NCBI GenBank assembly: GCA_946965045.2
Contig: OX337229.1
Span: forward strand, 2,604,001 to 2,668,000
Length of the DNA stretch: 64,000 nt
Reading direction: 5' to 3'
Source of the DNA: Epithemia pelagica
Taxonomy: Eukaryota; Protista; Bacillariophyta
The notes beneath the pieces were generated by a model. That model was given only the letters and a program-made list of their open reading frames with translations, was not told the origin of the DNA and ran no database searches. The position numbers were made by a program, and so were the translations under genes. This document shows positions 1-11,735 of this stretch, one piece after another. Within the stretch, counting starts at the first letter, position 1. Every line of letters starts with the position of its first letter.

Positions 1-612
1 CCAAGCGCCACAAGGGAATGCACCATTCCACCACACTATCCAGCCAGTTTTAAGGCAGATTCCCACCTCATACCTCACACCTGCTCCCTTAAACTTGTGC
101 GAGTACCATTTTGGATCAAAAGGTGACGGCTCCAAAATCCTGAAGTCAGTACCATCCAAACTAATGAAACAGACCTGTCCAGATACACTACAATCAAACC
201 TATTGTCCCATACAATCTGTTATAAGAACAACAGCAATGGTCAGATATGAGGAGGACGACTTCATTGCAAATTCATGTAGGGCCATGTACTTACATAATT
301 GAGACCACTATACAACAAATTTACAAACACTTTGACCCACTTCCTGTAGGTCTTCCTCGTTGTTTTGGCTATTGAGACCATAACATCCTCTGTAGCATAG
401 ACTTTCAGAAAAGCCAGTGTCCACAACAAATGACGAGGCGATGCACCTTTGGGCAATGAACTGTCCAGTTCATCCCACACATGAACACAGAGCAAAGGAG
501 ACATTCCAAAGTAAGAACGAAAAGCACGTGAGAAATCAAGTGAGTGTGAGTGTCTTGCTCTACCAAGCATTGGCAGAGCCAAGTTGATGAATGTTCGTTG
601 TGTCACCAACAT
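1..612 (-). CDS. Harbinger/IS5-like (DDE_Tnp_4) transposase, N-terminal part; exons 612-295 and 216-<1
   Basis: Exon 1 contains FRSYFGMSP...HLLWTLAFLKVYATE. A GT-AG intron occupies 294-217. Exon 2 reads IVWDNRF...ISLDGTDFRILEPSPFDPKWYSHKFKGAGVRYEVGICLKTGWIVWWNGAFPCGAW (first catalytic Asp in DGTD). Truncated by the window edge. Confidence 0.85.
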
Positions 613-952
613 GGTGGGAGAAAACCGCTTTGGAAAATTTATGTTTGCTCAGTGTGTGTCGCGATGCTGACCACACCTTTACTCTGATCTCGGTCTGTCT
701 GTGTGTAGTACTGTCAGTTCATTGGAACAGGTTTTTTGGAATTTCATCACGTTCATTTGATTGGCTGGTCAGTTGAGCAGCGACACTAAACTTTGTACTG
801 TTCTACATATAGTGACCAATTCGAATTCGTGTCCGGTCATTGGAACCGGCCTGGAACGGTGCAGAAATCGATTCAAAAATCGTTTTCATTCAAAAACTGG
901 AATTTCTGAATGGCCCTACCTCGCCATAATCCTTTTACTTTCTACATCTTAA

Positions 953-1175
953 GCGACCCACATATTGCCCTTATCTTGGGTTAACTGTGGGTCGCTTGAT
1001 TATATCATTTGAACCACTAGAAAGTGTCCTGGGTCGGTTTTGAAAAAACGACCTGGCTCGAAAAAATCGACCCAGCTCGTTTTTTTAAAACCGACCCAGG
1101 ACACCTTATAAGTGCCCAATTCACTTGGACGAACGACCCACGGTTGACCCAAGGTAAGGGCAATACGTGGGTCGC
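953..1175. repeat. Symmetric nested inverted repeat (dyad) between the two transposon genes
   Basis: Inner arms 1024-1051/1077-1104 match 27/28. Outer arms 953-994/1134-1175 match 38/42. Spacers on both sides are 29 bp. Confidence 0.9.
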
Positions 1176-1368
1176 ACTACTTTCAGAATTGGAGCCAAAT
1201 TGGGCATGGCCTCCTCGATTGAAAAATGGAGTCCATGATGAAAACCGACCCAGTCCGGATTTTGGTGAACTGTTTTTAGGGTCATAATTAGTTTTCGTGC
1301 AAACAGACCAGTCTGGTTTTGCACTCCCTCGCGCTTTTGTTTTACGTACTAATAGTACCTATACTCCG

Positions 1369-2441
1369 ATGACCAGGTCTGGCCGCAACACTTTGGGCGA
1401 GGGTGCCCTACTTTCGTGGAATTCAAAGTCAACAGATGCCGAATTCCTTGACAAAATCGTGTCAGAAGGCTTGATTCTGGAGAGCGCCACACCCAAATCT
1501 GTGTGGTTGGAACACGCTGTTTTCCAAAAGTACAAATTGGAATCATTCAGGTCGGCACTCAACAAAGCCAAAAGAAAATACCAAGTCCACTTGAAGGATC
1601 AACATGAGAGAGAGACTGGTCATGAGTTGTTGGGTCGTGGTGAGACGGCCCCATCTATGGATGGAAAGGTAAGGAACCCCAATGATGGAGATCTCAAACC
1701 AGCTCCTTCTTTGTTTGGGTCGTCCAAAGGACAAGGTAAGTGCCAGTGTACACTGTTTGTTTGATTGTTGAGTCACTGTCCTAACCTGTTGTGGTTTATT
1801 GTCTTTTATGACCAGGTGTTGCTGCCAAGGTCGCTCCTGAGTCTGTCGTCAGTGACGATGCTATGGTGAAGAAAAGGGCGGCAGGATCCATGCCATTACA
1901 GGAGACACTACAGGTACAACTACAACAAAAGAGGAAAAAGACGAATGAAGAAGACAGTGGTAATGACATGATGAGGAATTGGGAGCCTCCTCATGTCTTG
2001 ACACAGTGGGTCGACGACAAGAAACAGCGTCATTTGGTGATTTTGGTGGTGTTGCCTACAGGTATTGCACATGAAGACACAACAAATTGCTTGATTGAAG
2101 TGGATCCGAGCCAGCTACAGGTACATGTGAAGGTAATTTGGCCTGACAACGCAACTCATATCCATTATCTAACCCAACACATGCACAGAGAGTGGCATGT
2201 CGAGGAGAAAAACCTACGAATGAAACTTGCTTTGGAAGACGCCATGAATCAGATGCGAAAAAGAGAAACAGACTTTGTCAGGTCAAAGTTTTCTCTTTCT
2301 CTTCCTTTCATGGTCCAAAGCAGGTTCGACTACGAATTTATGTACGACACAACAAACGGATTCAGAGCGTTGTTGATTTCCCTACATGAGCCGGACGCAC
2401 AATTTGAAGGCGGCATGAAGCACAAGATGGTGCGTCTGTAA
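1369..2441 (+). CDS. Transposon accessory protein (N-terminal helical domain + HSP20/ACD-like C-terminal domain); exons 1369-1735, 1816-2441
   Basis: An in-frame GT-AG intron (1736-1815) joins ORFs 1297..1764 and 1863..2441. N-terminus WNSKSTDAEFLDKIVSEGLI...TPKSVW...FQKYKLESFRSAL. C-terminus LVILVVLPTG...IEV...VKVIWP...FSLSLPFMV...NGFRALLISL. Lies inside the TIR. Confidence 0.75.
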
Positions 2442-2945
2442 ATTAATGTAGTATGATTTGGGGCGGTTGCAAAAACCGGGTGGTGGTGGGCCTAAATCTT
2501 TCTATTAGTTCTCTATTTGTCCATGTTCATAGTTTATGCTATAGTACATCGATTAAGCGTTCTGGTCGTGTTCCGCTTTGTAGTCAGACTTTGCCTAGAA
2601 TGACAGCGAGCTGCTCAGGATTACCCCAGCTCCCAGCGGCGTATTTTTCGTGAATTGAAGCGAGGCAGCTCTTGGAATTTGGAATCAAGCCCCACCTCAA
2701 AACTCGAAACTCGATTTCAGAACTCAAAAACACATTCCCTGGACACAGGCCCTAAGGATTGCAGTTTCGGGACCGACGCGGAAGCTGGCGACAGAGAGTA
2801 AGCAAAAACACAAGAAGAAGTTGGAGACATTAGACTTGGAGACGACAACGGGGAAGCTTTGTTCAACGTCATTTTGCTTGGGAAAGGATCGATAAGCCGT
2901 TTTATGGATTTGGCAAGAGGAAAAGTTTGTTGTGCAATCGGCATC

Positions 2946-5275
2946 ATGCTTCGGCTTCTTGTTCTGTTAACGACGGCTGCGACGGTGGTTCGTGCTGCTC
3001 GATCGGGCGACGAAATGTTCGGCGACGATGAATACGGCAAGTTTTGGGCGTTCCACAGTGCCGGTGTGTCTATTATCAACCCAGACACATGTAAGGTTGA
3101 AACAACTATCATACAAGATCGCAACGAAGAACCGTTGCCGTCACGCTGGTTTGATGCTGTTTTTATAGAACTTGATCCTGTCGTTGGACCAGACGGAACA
3201 GAAGAAGAGCCACAAGGCTATGTTGGGATCAATTCAGCCATCCTGCTTGATACGGATGCGCAAGGGCAGACTTCTGGTGCAGGAGAAACGCTTATCTTGT
3301 CTACCAACGGCAAAGATCGCGGTGAACCTGTGGTTTCTCGTATTATCGTTGGTCCTCGCCCAGTGCATGTATATTCAGTTCAGGTGGGAAACCAAGTCGA
3401 AGTAAGTGCTCATCATGACAATGCTTAATTAATTTTTGGTGGGAATTCTCGAAAGAGACAGAACTTCCCTTCCTTGAATAGCTATTCTGCGCTAACTCAC
3501 ACCTATTCGTTTTGATCTCTTGTGTTAATGAAACAGTTGTGGTCTCATTCTGACGTGGATGGCCAGTTTTACATTGTGGATATGAAAAATGTTCGCGGAA
3601 GACGGAGAGAAACTGTACAGTCTTTTGTAGAACGACCAGCGCACGTTACGCTTATGTGGGATCGGCAGGATGAACATTTGCGAACGGCTGGCCCGAATGG
3701 CGGCCCAATTGGGTTTGGTACTTCGACTATGGAATCGCATCTCTTGGTCTTTGACCTAACGAACAAGGAGTTGATAACCACTTTCGATTTATCGACGGTA
3801 ACAACGTCGGGAACATGTTCGGGTACTCAGTACGTGGTTTAATCCAAATGGGTTGTTCATTCCCAAACAAACACTGACAAACTTCTGTATTTTTGTCGCA
3901 GTTCAATCTCCTACTCGGAAGCAAACAAACACGTTTATTTAGAATGCGTCCAAGATGGAGGGATTCTTGAAATAAATGTCGCTGATGCCCTGAATCCTGT
4001 TTTTGTCAACCAGCTTGTGGACATCAAAGGAACCGTCTGGGAAATTCCCTCGAAGGAGGCCATCAACAGGTTCATTGTCGTAACAGACAAAGACAAAAAC
4101 CTCGTCCATATTTTGACGCCTGGAATCAATGGACAACCTAGTCAAGTGAGCTACAATGCGAATGTTCCTGGTCATCCAGAATCTCCCAGTTTCTGGACGG
4201 ATGGAGAAAACAACACTCTTTGTATGCCCCTGACGGAGAATACTAACGTTCATCACCGCAATAAAGAAGAAGAGATTTTGTGTGATTATTACGGATGCAG
4301 CGGGGCGAAAACGTACGTTCTTTGGAGGTCTTCGTGTGTTACCTCACTTGCAGACTCTCATTCACAGTCCCACTCTCTTGTGCCAGTGAAGATGATGTAG
4401 ATGCTGGGCTTTGTTTGTACAATTCAACAGGAGATGCATTGCTGACTGTTGATTTAAGCCAAATCAATTTGGTTGCCTCCAAAGCTCCTCCTTTCAACAC
4501 TGCCTGTGCGAATTGCTTGAATGAAAATGATTATGACAAGGACACTGGTCTTTGCACTTGTACGCCCGAATGTGGTTCTTGTGCCGAAGACGAGTTTGAC
4601 GCAGCCAATACAGGTTTGAGGTGCTTCAATTGGACTGGTTCTTTGGACATCATGTCGACGATCGGAGGTGATGAAGTACCAGTTTCTCTAGATACACCCT
4701 TGCTCATTAAAAAAGGCGGAGCCGTGAAACAAGGATCCCCTAATGTGTCCTCGCCGGAGTGTGGATTTGGACAAAACTTTCGTCCACATAAGCGCGGCTA
4801 TATCTACGACGCTAGTGTGGCCCATGTTCCCATTGATTCAATCGTTATCGTCGATATGAGTACCCAAAAAGTTCATTGCCAAGTGGAGCTACCTGGAACT
4901 CCGTCGACTGTCATCTACGTTCCTACTCGGGGAAAAGAACGAAGTGACTTTATCGAAGAGCGCAAAGGAGACACGGATGATGGAGTCAAGAGCGGCGTCC
5001 GAGCAGGAATTGTGACAATAGGTGTGGTGTTGCTGAGTCTCATGGCAATCGCCGTCGCATACTGTGGAGAAGGTCGAAAGCAAAATGAAGAGCACCGACA
5101 CCTTCATAAAGATAACGAAGAAGAGAACTCGGACAATGGTGAAATCCCTCCTAGTAGTTCCCAAACACCTCGGCCAATATTACGAGAAGAAGGGTCTTCA
5201 AAAGCGATGGATTCGACCACAGCTGACGAAACAAGCAGAGGTGGGGATCAACAGGGAAAGGATATAGAGGCCTAG
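2946..5275 (+). CDS. ISIP1-like (iron starvation induced protein 1-like) type I membrane beta-propeller protein, copy A; exons 2946-3401, 3537-3829, 3902-4312, 4387-5275
   Basis: Signal peptide, repeated beta-strand/propeller-like segments, Cys-rich region, one C-terminal TM helix (GIVTIGVVLLSLMAIAVAY) and an acidic tail. Three GT-AG introns restore one ORF and match copy B in position and phase. The ISIP1 label rests on architecture and recalled similarity (about 0.6); the gene model itself is solid. Confidence 0.7.
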
Positions 5276-6278
5276 TTGTGCGAAGAAGTCACGTTTTGTT
5301 GACTTGACAGGAATGTTGCATTCCACACAACGGATTTCAACGAGCACGAATGTAGAAGACACTCTCCCTGACAAGTTGAACCACCCGTCAGTTGTCTGAT
5401 CCCTGCAGCGGTCTTACCGAGGACAACGCCATTCATCAATTGTGGACAAAAGAGGCAAACTACGAAAACGTTCTTGCCTTGTTGTCTACTCCTACTCATT
5501 CATGTTATTGGGTTGGACGACAGCCTTCGTCATTGGAGTTTCGTCCAATTTCAAAGTTACTTATATATTGTGCCTCATGCTTGGCAATCTGCTCCCATTA
5601 TAGGACCTTTGCTCATAGAAGTGTGATTGCTATCGATTGGTCCTACTTCTTGGTTGTTGACTTTGAGAAGTGTGATTTGCCGATTCGGTGCCATTCCTGC
5701 CCTGCCCTGGTTGACTATGGCTTGTCAACAGCACCATATAACATACGAGTACTCCACGACCAGACACTTTTCGTCTACAATAGGCGTTCCTCATGGCTGG
5801 ACTGTTGGGCATTCGGAAGCTCCTCAAAAGAATTTGTGGGTTCGCATTTTTTGCATCATCCAACCACAGGAGCAGGAAAGAGATGAGTTGAAACTCGAGT
5901 TTGCGTTGCTGGGGTAGGGACTAGGCATTCACATCTCACTTGGGGACGACCGGGGTTCATCTTGTAATGACAACAACCAGATGGTCCTTCGAGCAATGCG
6001 TTCGATATTATTTTCATCATCATGTCATTGTGTGAAGATTGTGAATGCTCATCACGTTCGTGTTTGGACTGCGTGTTTGGGTTTGGGTCATTATTTAATA
6101 GTACTGGTGACTGACCAATGGCACGGTCACGGACGGACATTGACAGACACATAAGCGACAAGACAATGACGGGTCATGAGTCATGAATAGTCATTTCGTA
6201 CAGTAATCATAGACTATCCAAACAAATGATTTTTGATAGACATCGTAGAGTCTCTCGAGTCTCACTAATTGATTTTCG

Positions 6279-7103
6279 TTGGGTATGATTTCCTTATGTC
6301 CAAGTTGTAACAGTAACACAAACAGTACGATTAACGTGCGTTGGCATTTGCCGACGACAGACAAAGACAAGACGGAAAAGAGAGCGCACAGCCCCCACAC
6401 CCCACCACTCCACTCCACCCCAACAACGAAGAAACAACGCTTCAGTCCCGCTCCTTCTTCACTTGTTGCTTGTTGCCCCCATCCACATCATAACCTCAAC
6501 GGATCAGAGAGCGACAAGCTTTGAATGACAATGAATATGATTACTCCACGAACGCCATGGTTGATAGTGGATACGAGTCAAAAAGGGATTCCCCAATCGA
6601 ACAACGTGGACGAGTATGATGGGAATTGTGCTTGTAAGAGGACGACCATCAAGGAAACAAAGATGAAAAATACCAACAACAACAAACCGCACGACTCGGT
6701 GATTCGCAATTCAAGACAATCTTCGTTTGTCTGTCCAAATTGTGGAGGGATTCAATTACAAGAATTGGTGGCAAGTGTTGCGTCGACCACGGGAGACACG
6801 GAAGATCCAAGAGAGTCGATCGACTGTTCCCTGTCTACCTCATCATCGTCGTCATCATCCTCCTCCTCCTACGATACCCCAACGACGCACCCTCGATCCA
6901 GAGGTATATCGGTAGATTCATCAATAACGGCGTTGACGAATACGGCAGTGGGCGCAAGACGGACCTCTCAATGGCACAAGGAAGCAAAACACACTCGTAT
7001 GGGCAAAGTCGTGTCAGCGGGATTAGTAACACCCACCTATGTGCAACCCAAGGGCGATGTGGAATACAAACGTACGTACACCCACAGCGAAATGTCATTA
7101 TGA
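6279..7103 (+). CDS. Hypothetical low-complexity Ser/Thr-rich protein (model uncertain)
   Basis: Adjacent same-frame ORFs 6279..6524 and 6525..7103 with a poly-Ser tract. No recognisable domain. Possible frameshift at the A5 run near 6580. Confidence 0.25.
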
Positions 7104-8062
7104 TACTCGATAGGTATCTCAATTCATACGGAATGTGTATCTTTATATTAATGTTTCGTTGTATTACATATTTGACAGCTCAACAGTGGGAACAAACGCC
7201 AGAACCAACCAACAACAGGATGCCAACACCCCAGTCTCACAAAATTAGACGGCGAAAAAAGCTGGCGTATGAGAGCGACGAGTAAAAACAACACCAATGG
7301 AAGCCATGCAAAGTCACACATACTCTCTACTCGTGTTCCCGTAAATGTTTGTTCTACATGTTGCTGTGCTGTGCTGTGTGCTATTTTCTACTGATTGGGA
7401 CGAAGAGTGGAATAAACATCTCCGCAATTTTCGTTGATGCTGAGAACAATCATCATTCAGGATTTGGGAGAAATTGTTTGGTCCACCACCCACCATGCCA
7501 TTCAATTTTCGATAGTTCGTGCCGTCAAGCAGTTGTTCGAGGCCTATCCTATCCTAATGCAGTCTCGTTTGGAATTGAATGCAGATCCGACAGGTGCAAG
7601 GGGGAAAGATTGCACTGTTCAAATATCTGTCGCACGTTATGGTGAAACATTGGGAGCTATCGACGCAGAGTAAACTTCTTAGCAAGAAACCATCCTTGTT
7701 AGAAAGTCGACATATAGTACTGCGGCGAAGTTCCTCTCCTCGAACTCTCTCTTATTTTGATATTTGATTCTATAGAACAGACTTCATGGAGTGAGTCTTC
7801 CAAAGCTACTCTTTCTAGAGGGTACTTCTACCTGTGTTTCGAGGAGGTAGGAGTAGAAGGTCAAAGTAGCAGCGGATGACGTACGGACGCTGTTGCGCGC
7901 GAGACGAGAGGAAGATTCAGACAAGATTCGTCACTCCATCAACATCCAAAAACGTAGCTTGTCGCGCCTTTCCAACTTTCCAAGTACGTTTTTCTCCCTC
8001 CAACTCTCTCTTCGCCTAGCACAATCAGATTATTTGCAGTCAGTCCCCCCCCCCCTATTGTC

Positions 8063-8971
8063 ATGTTGCTTGCCTCTCCAGTTCGTATTTGTCCCTTCCT
8101 CCTCCTGCTGGTTGGATTTTTTACTTCGATCCATGATGCAGTGGCCTTTTCGCTTGGTGTATCGGCTCCTGCCTTGTTGACCCAACGGCCCAATTTTCGG
8201 TATGCAGCTGCCATGGAATCCACCGCCGTTTTGACAGCGCGACATTCGATGCGATTGCATGCCGAAGCCGGCAAGGAAGAACCAATCTTCACTCCATCCT
8301 GCCCAGAGGAAAATCCGCAAAACTTTGGACCTGCCTCGACCCGTGATTCTACCGTCTTTACGTGTGGGCGTCCAGGAGGTGATCCAGCCGACAAGGATAC
8401 GAAAATTCCGACCCAGGCAGTCGTCGATGAATGGGTCGAATTCATGACCACTTCAGAACGACAAATTAAACATGTGGTAATTCTTTTATCTGACGAAGAA
8501 CTCGAGGCCTATGAGGAGCCTGGTCTGATTGCGGCCTACGAAGCTGCTGGAATTGTTGTTCATCACATTCCACTTGCGTCGGAGAATTCTTACCAAGCCA
8601 TTATGACTGATATCGACCAAATTGAAGCCAAGGGTGAACGGGTTGTTGCGCATTGCACCCATGGTGTTGGTCGTAGTGGACGCGTTGCTGCTGGGGTAAG
8701 TCGCAACGTCGCATTTTCGTCCTCGTGGTATCCATAACCCCAGCTCACTTTTGGTGTCTTTTTCTCCGACTGGATTGCTCTGACCATGAAACTCTTGGAC
8801 CGATTGGTATAAATAAATTGACGCTACACATTGACCTCTGTTCAAAATCAGTGGATTGTCCACAAATACGGAGTTTCACCTGAACAGGCCGTGGAGGAAG
8901 CCTTGGTAGCGCGAGAGAACAAGTTCGAACGCATGGGGGCACCTCAACAACTCGCCTCGTGGATGGAATAA
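8063..8971 (+). CDS. CX5R protein tyrosine/dual-specificity phosphatase with bipartite (plastid-type) leader; exons 8063-8695, 8852-8971
   Basis: P-loop VVAHCTHGVGRSGRVAAG|WIVHKYG. Hydrophobic signal peptide ends AVA-FS, followed by a Ser/Arg-rich transit-like region. GT-AG intron 8696-8851. Confidence 0.85.
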
Positions 8972-9239
8972 AAGTACTCCTACATGCGCTGGGATTATTT
9001 TGTTTCTTTTGTGGTGCCTTGGTTCGTATCAGAATGAGGCTACATTTATTTTAGCCGAAGGATTCATGTTTTCCTGTTTAACACTCATAGGAACACTGGG
9101 AACTAGGAGTACTAGGAGTAGGAGCATAGTACTAGGAGTAGGTAGTCATCAAAGACCCCAAAGGGTAGCAATCGTGCTGGTCTGTCGTCGTCCGTCGCCG
9201 CTGGTGCAGAAAATTTTCTGAAAATTTTCGTCGTGACAA

Positions 9240-11411
9240 TTGCAATGGCGACAGTCAACGGGGTGTTCTGCGAGAATGTGGAATCCACAGCTGGAGGAGC
9301 ATCTCAAGCAGTTCAGTGAGGACGACAACAAGGAAATTCAAGATGAATGTGCTAGTGATGGATCGAGTGAAGGAAATGGAGAAACAAATAGCGTCACTCA
9401 AGAGGTGCCATCCCTCGTTGACACCAACGGACTCGTTGCTCCGCGACGAACTTTGCCGCACGTGATGGTTCTTGTCCTTCTCTTGTTGAGTATGCTTTTG
9501 AGTGGCTTTTCTTTGTACGCCAATGGGAGCACAAGTCCCTTTGGCTCTGGTTTTGTCCTTGATTTCATCGAGTCAGCTCAGGATGGATTAGATGCTCGAT
9601 TTCTGCTGCTCCTTTTACCTTTGGTTCATTTCTGCCTGGTCTATGCACATTGGTCTCTTTTGGATAAAACGAAATCCTACACCCCTTCAAAGAAAGAAAC
9701 TGTATATTGCAAGGAATCTCACAAACTCTCATCAGAAGCTGAGGGAAACAGTGAAATCACTGCTTGTCGAGGCAAGATATCGGCACTATTGGGAGAAATG
9801 GGAGCACCGCCACTCGAGCCTCCTCCTACGGCACTTTATTTTGAAACCAACAAACTTAATCATATATCTCATGAACAGGGGATTTTGTTGCATGAATGCT
9901 TGGAGAATTATGTAGGATTCTTTCAAGTCCTTTCTTTAGCCTTGGAGGATTTACAAACCGCAACACGAATGCATTTGGGTTTGGGGTGGAAAGAACATGG
10001 TCCGTCGTATAGCTCAGCGGGTAAAGCAACAAAGAAGAGTCCCTGGAGAATGAATTCAGTGGATCGTGCCGAACGTGCCTTCGTGGGAAGGCTGCTTCGC
10101 CAACAACAGAAGCAGCAAGCTCATGAACAACTCGCAAGCGAAGCAGAGCCATCCAAGAACCGCAGTCGACGTCACATGCCTGCTTGTGGCGGTGTTCCCT
10201 TGAACTTGCTACGAAGGCGTCTCTATCATATTCTACTGCAACACCATACAATGCTCACCTCCATTCTTGATGAGAATACTGAGGAGGGAGAACGAAACAT
10301 GACACAAGACCATCCCGTGATTACTCTCACGCTGTTGCGATGTAAAACGGACGAAGTGATCAACCTGTTGAGTCGCGTAATGAGTTTATACCTCACTTTT
10401 CATTTGGAAACTGAGGATCACGCCATGTCTCATACTACACAAAAATGGAAGGTGATGGAGAAACTCACGCTCGCAGCCACCGAGTCGCGGCTCTATATGG
10501 AAAGTTGCCTTGGCAATCGTCCAATCAACACTGACCATGGAGAACATGGTGAGACCAGTGCATCATCGTCAGAGACAACTGCATGTGATAGAGTGTTGGC
10601 AGTTCGCTCGATAATTGAGCATGTAGATGGACTAGGAGTTGCGGCTAGGTCAATGGAAGAAGAACTGCACGAGATGAGCATGGCTTCTGCTCAGGACAGT
10701 CCAGACAGTAGCACGATGAAAGGATGGTGGGAACGAATCCGCACCATGGTACAGCAGTTAGAGTCGATGCTTGAGACGATTGAAGAAGATATCTTCTGTT
10801 TTCAGGTTAAGAGTGATCGCAGGGAAGGAATTGGATCGGGTGAGCATGTGGATAGGATGTCGCAGTCGCGACGAGTGGAAGAGAGCGGAGATTACTCCGT
10901 GGCATTAACCAACGAAGAGTTTCAATCTACCCATACCAGACCCCTATCGGGAGAACGTGACAGGGATGCATCCAAAACCTTGGTTTTCTTGGTTGGATCG
11001 GCGCATCAGACTGGCAAAGACGACGACGAAGATCTGGAGCCTCAGCGTAAAGTGTACGGAATGGATGATGATGAGCTTCTCCTTCTGGAGCTAAAGAATA
11101 GGCTTTGTGCCTTGCCTCGCGCGGAAGAAATCACTGTAGTCATGGGACAGACTCAAGATCAAAGAGCCGCAACGATGGAAGGATCCACCAGTGCGGACAC
11201 CAATGAAAATAAGGGAGAAGAGTCAGTAAAGAATAAGGTCAAGGCGGACGACGACGTCTGTGCGGTCGTAACGATGCCTTTAAACAACCCGCATGCAGGA
11301 TTATTTCAAGGAGAGTTGGCGGAGTCGTTGTCAACCATGTCGAGAAATTTTACGAACGAAGACGGTCATAGAATGAATGAAGATGATGTCTTTTCAGCAG
11401 CAAGTGGATGA
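9240..11411 (+). CDS. Large hypothetical protein with two N-terminal TM helices and helical C-terminus (possibly vezatin-like)
   Basis: 723-aa single ORF with TM segments near aa 75-95 and 120-140. The vezatin resemblance is only impressionistic. The start may be 9274. Confidence 0.75.
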   Translation: MQWRQSTGCSARMWNPQLEEHLKQFSEDDNKEIQDECASDGSSEGNGETNSVTQEVPSLVDTNGLVAPRRTLPHVMVLVLLLLSMLLSGFSLYANGSTSPFGSGFVLDFIESAQDGLDARFLLLLLPLVHFCLVYAHWSLLDKTKSYTPSKKETVYCKESHKLSSEAEGNSEITACRGKISALLGEMGAPPLEPPPTALYFETNKLNHISHEQGILLHECLENYVGFFQVLSLALEDLQTATRMHLGLGWKEHGPSYSSAGKATKKSPWRMNSVDRAERAFVGRLLRQQQKQQAHEQLASEAEPSKNRSRRHMPACGGVPLNLLRRRLYHILLQHHTMLTSILDENTEEGERNMTQDHPVITLTLLRCKTDEVINLLSRVMSLYLTFHLETEDHAMSHTTQKWKVMEKLTLAATESRLYMESCLGNRPINTDHGEHGETSASSSETTACDRVLAVRSIIEHVDGLGVAARSMEEELHEMSMASAQDSPDSSTMKGWWERIRTMVQQLESMLETIEEDIFCFQVKSDRREGIGSGEHVDRMSQSRRVEESGDYSVALTNEEFQSTHTRPLSGERDRDASKTLVFLVGSAHQTGKDDDEDLEPQRKVYGMDDDELLLLELKNRLCALPRAEEITVVMGQTQDQRAATMEGSTSADTNENKGEESVKNKVKADDDVCAVVTMPLNNPHAGLFQGELAESLSTMSRNFTNEDGHRMNEDDVFSAASG

Positions 11412-11735
11412 ACTCTTTTGTTACCCATGCCCCGATGTTACCCATGTCTGTGATCCTGTCACTGGCACTGAACAAGGCGAAATTGAAATCGGCTCTGTAA
11501 ATATAACGCTTGGTTCTATGCAAGGAATGACAGAGTACTCACCATATGGAGTGGACAAGCCTTTGTAACGGATTCAACGTCTGAAGTTCACATGATCTTA
11601 ACATGTAGCTTATCGCTTCCATGTACCCTACAAGTCTCAGGACTGGTAAGACGACAAGATCGGACATAAAGCTGGTTTTACTATTTTGTGTATGACTTGA
11701 TCGGCACGTTTGGTCCAGGGGTCAATAGTGAAGTA

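Larger units (their letters stand above)
1..2752. mobile_element. PIF/Harbinger-like DNA transposon, right portion (left end outside window)
   Basis: Harbinger-type DDE transposase on the minus strand plus a divergent second gene. The terminus reads ...GGACACAGGCCC (TIR 5'-GGGCCTGTGTCC on the minus strand) and is immediately followed by TAA (2753-2755), the canonical Harbinger target. The partner TIR is not visible. Confidence 0.75.

Noticed and set aside
2755-2945. Published diatom iron-responsive promoter motifs upstream of the ISIP1-like genes
   Set aside because: No CACGTG(C/T)C-type match found by eye upstream of either copy.
5392-6200. Overlapping ORFs on both strands including a Cys-rich 101-aa ORF (5856..6161 -)
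   Set aside because: No domain or credible splice model could be supported.
9100-9145. (ACTAGGAGT)-like short repeats; also (GAGGAAC)x4 near 34826
   Set aside because: Simple intergenic microsatellite-like repeats with no supporting context.
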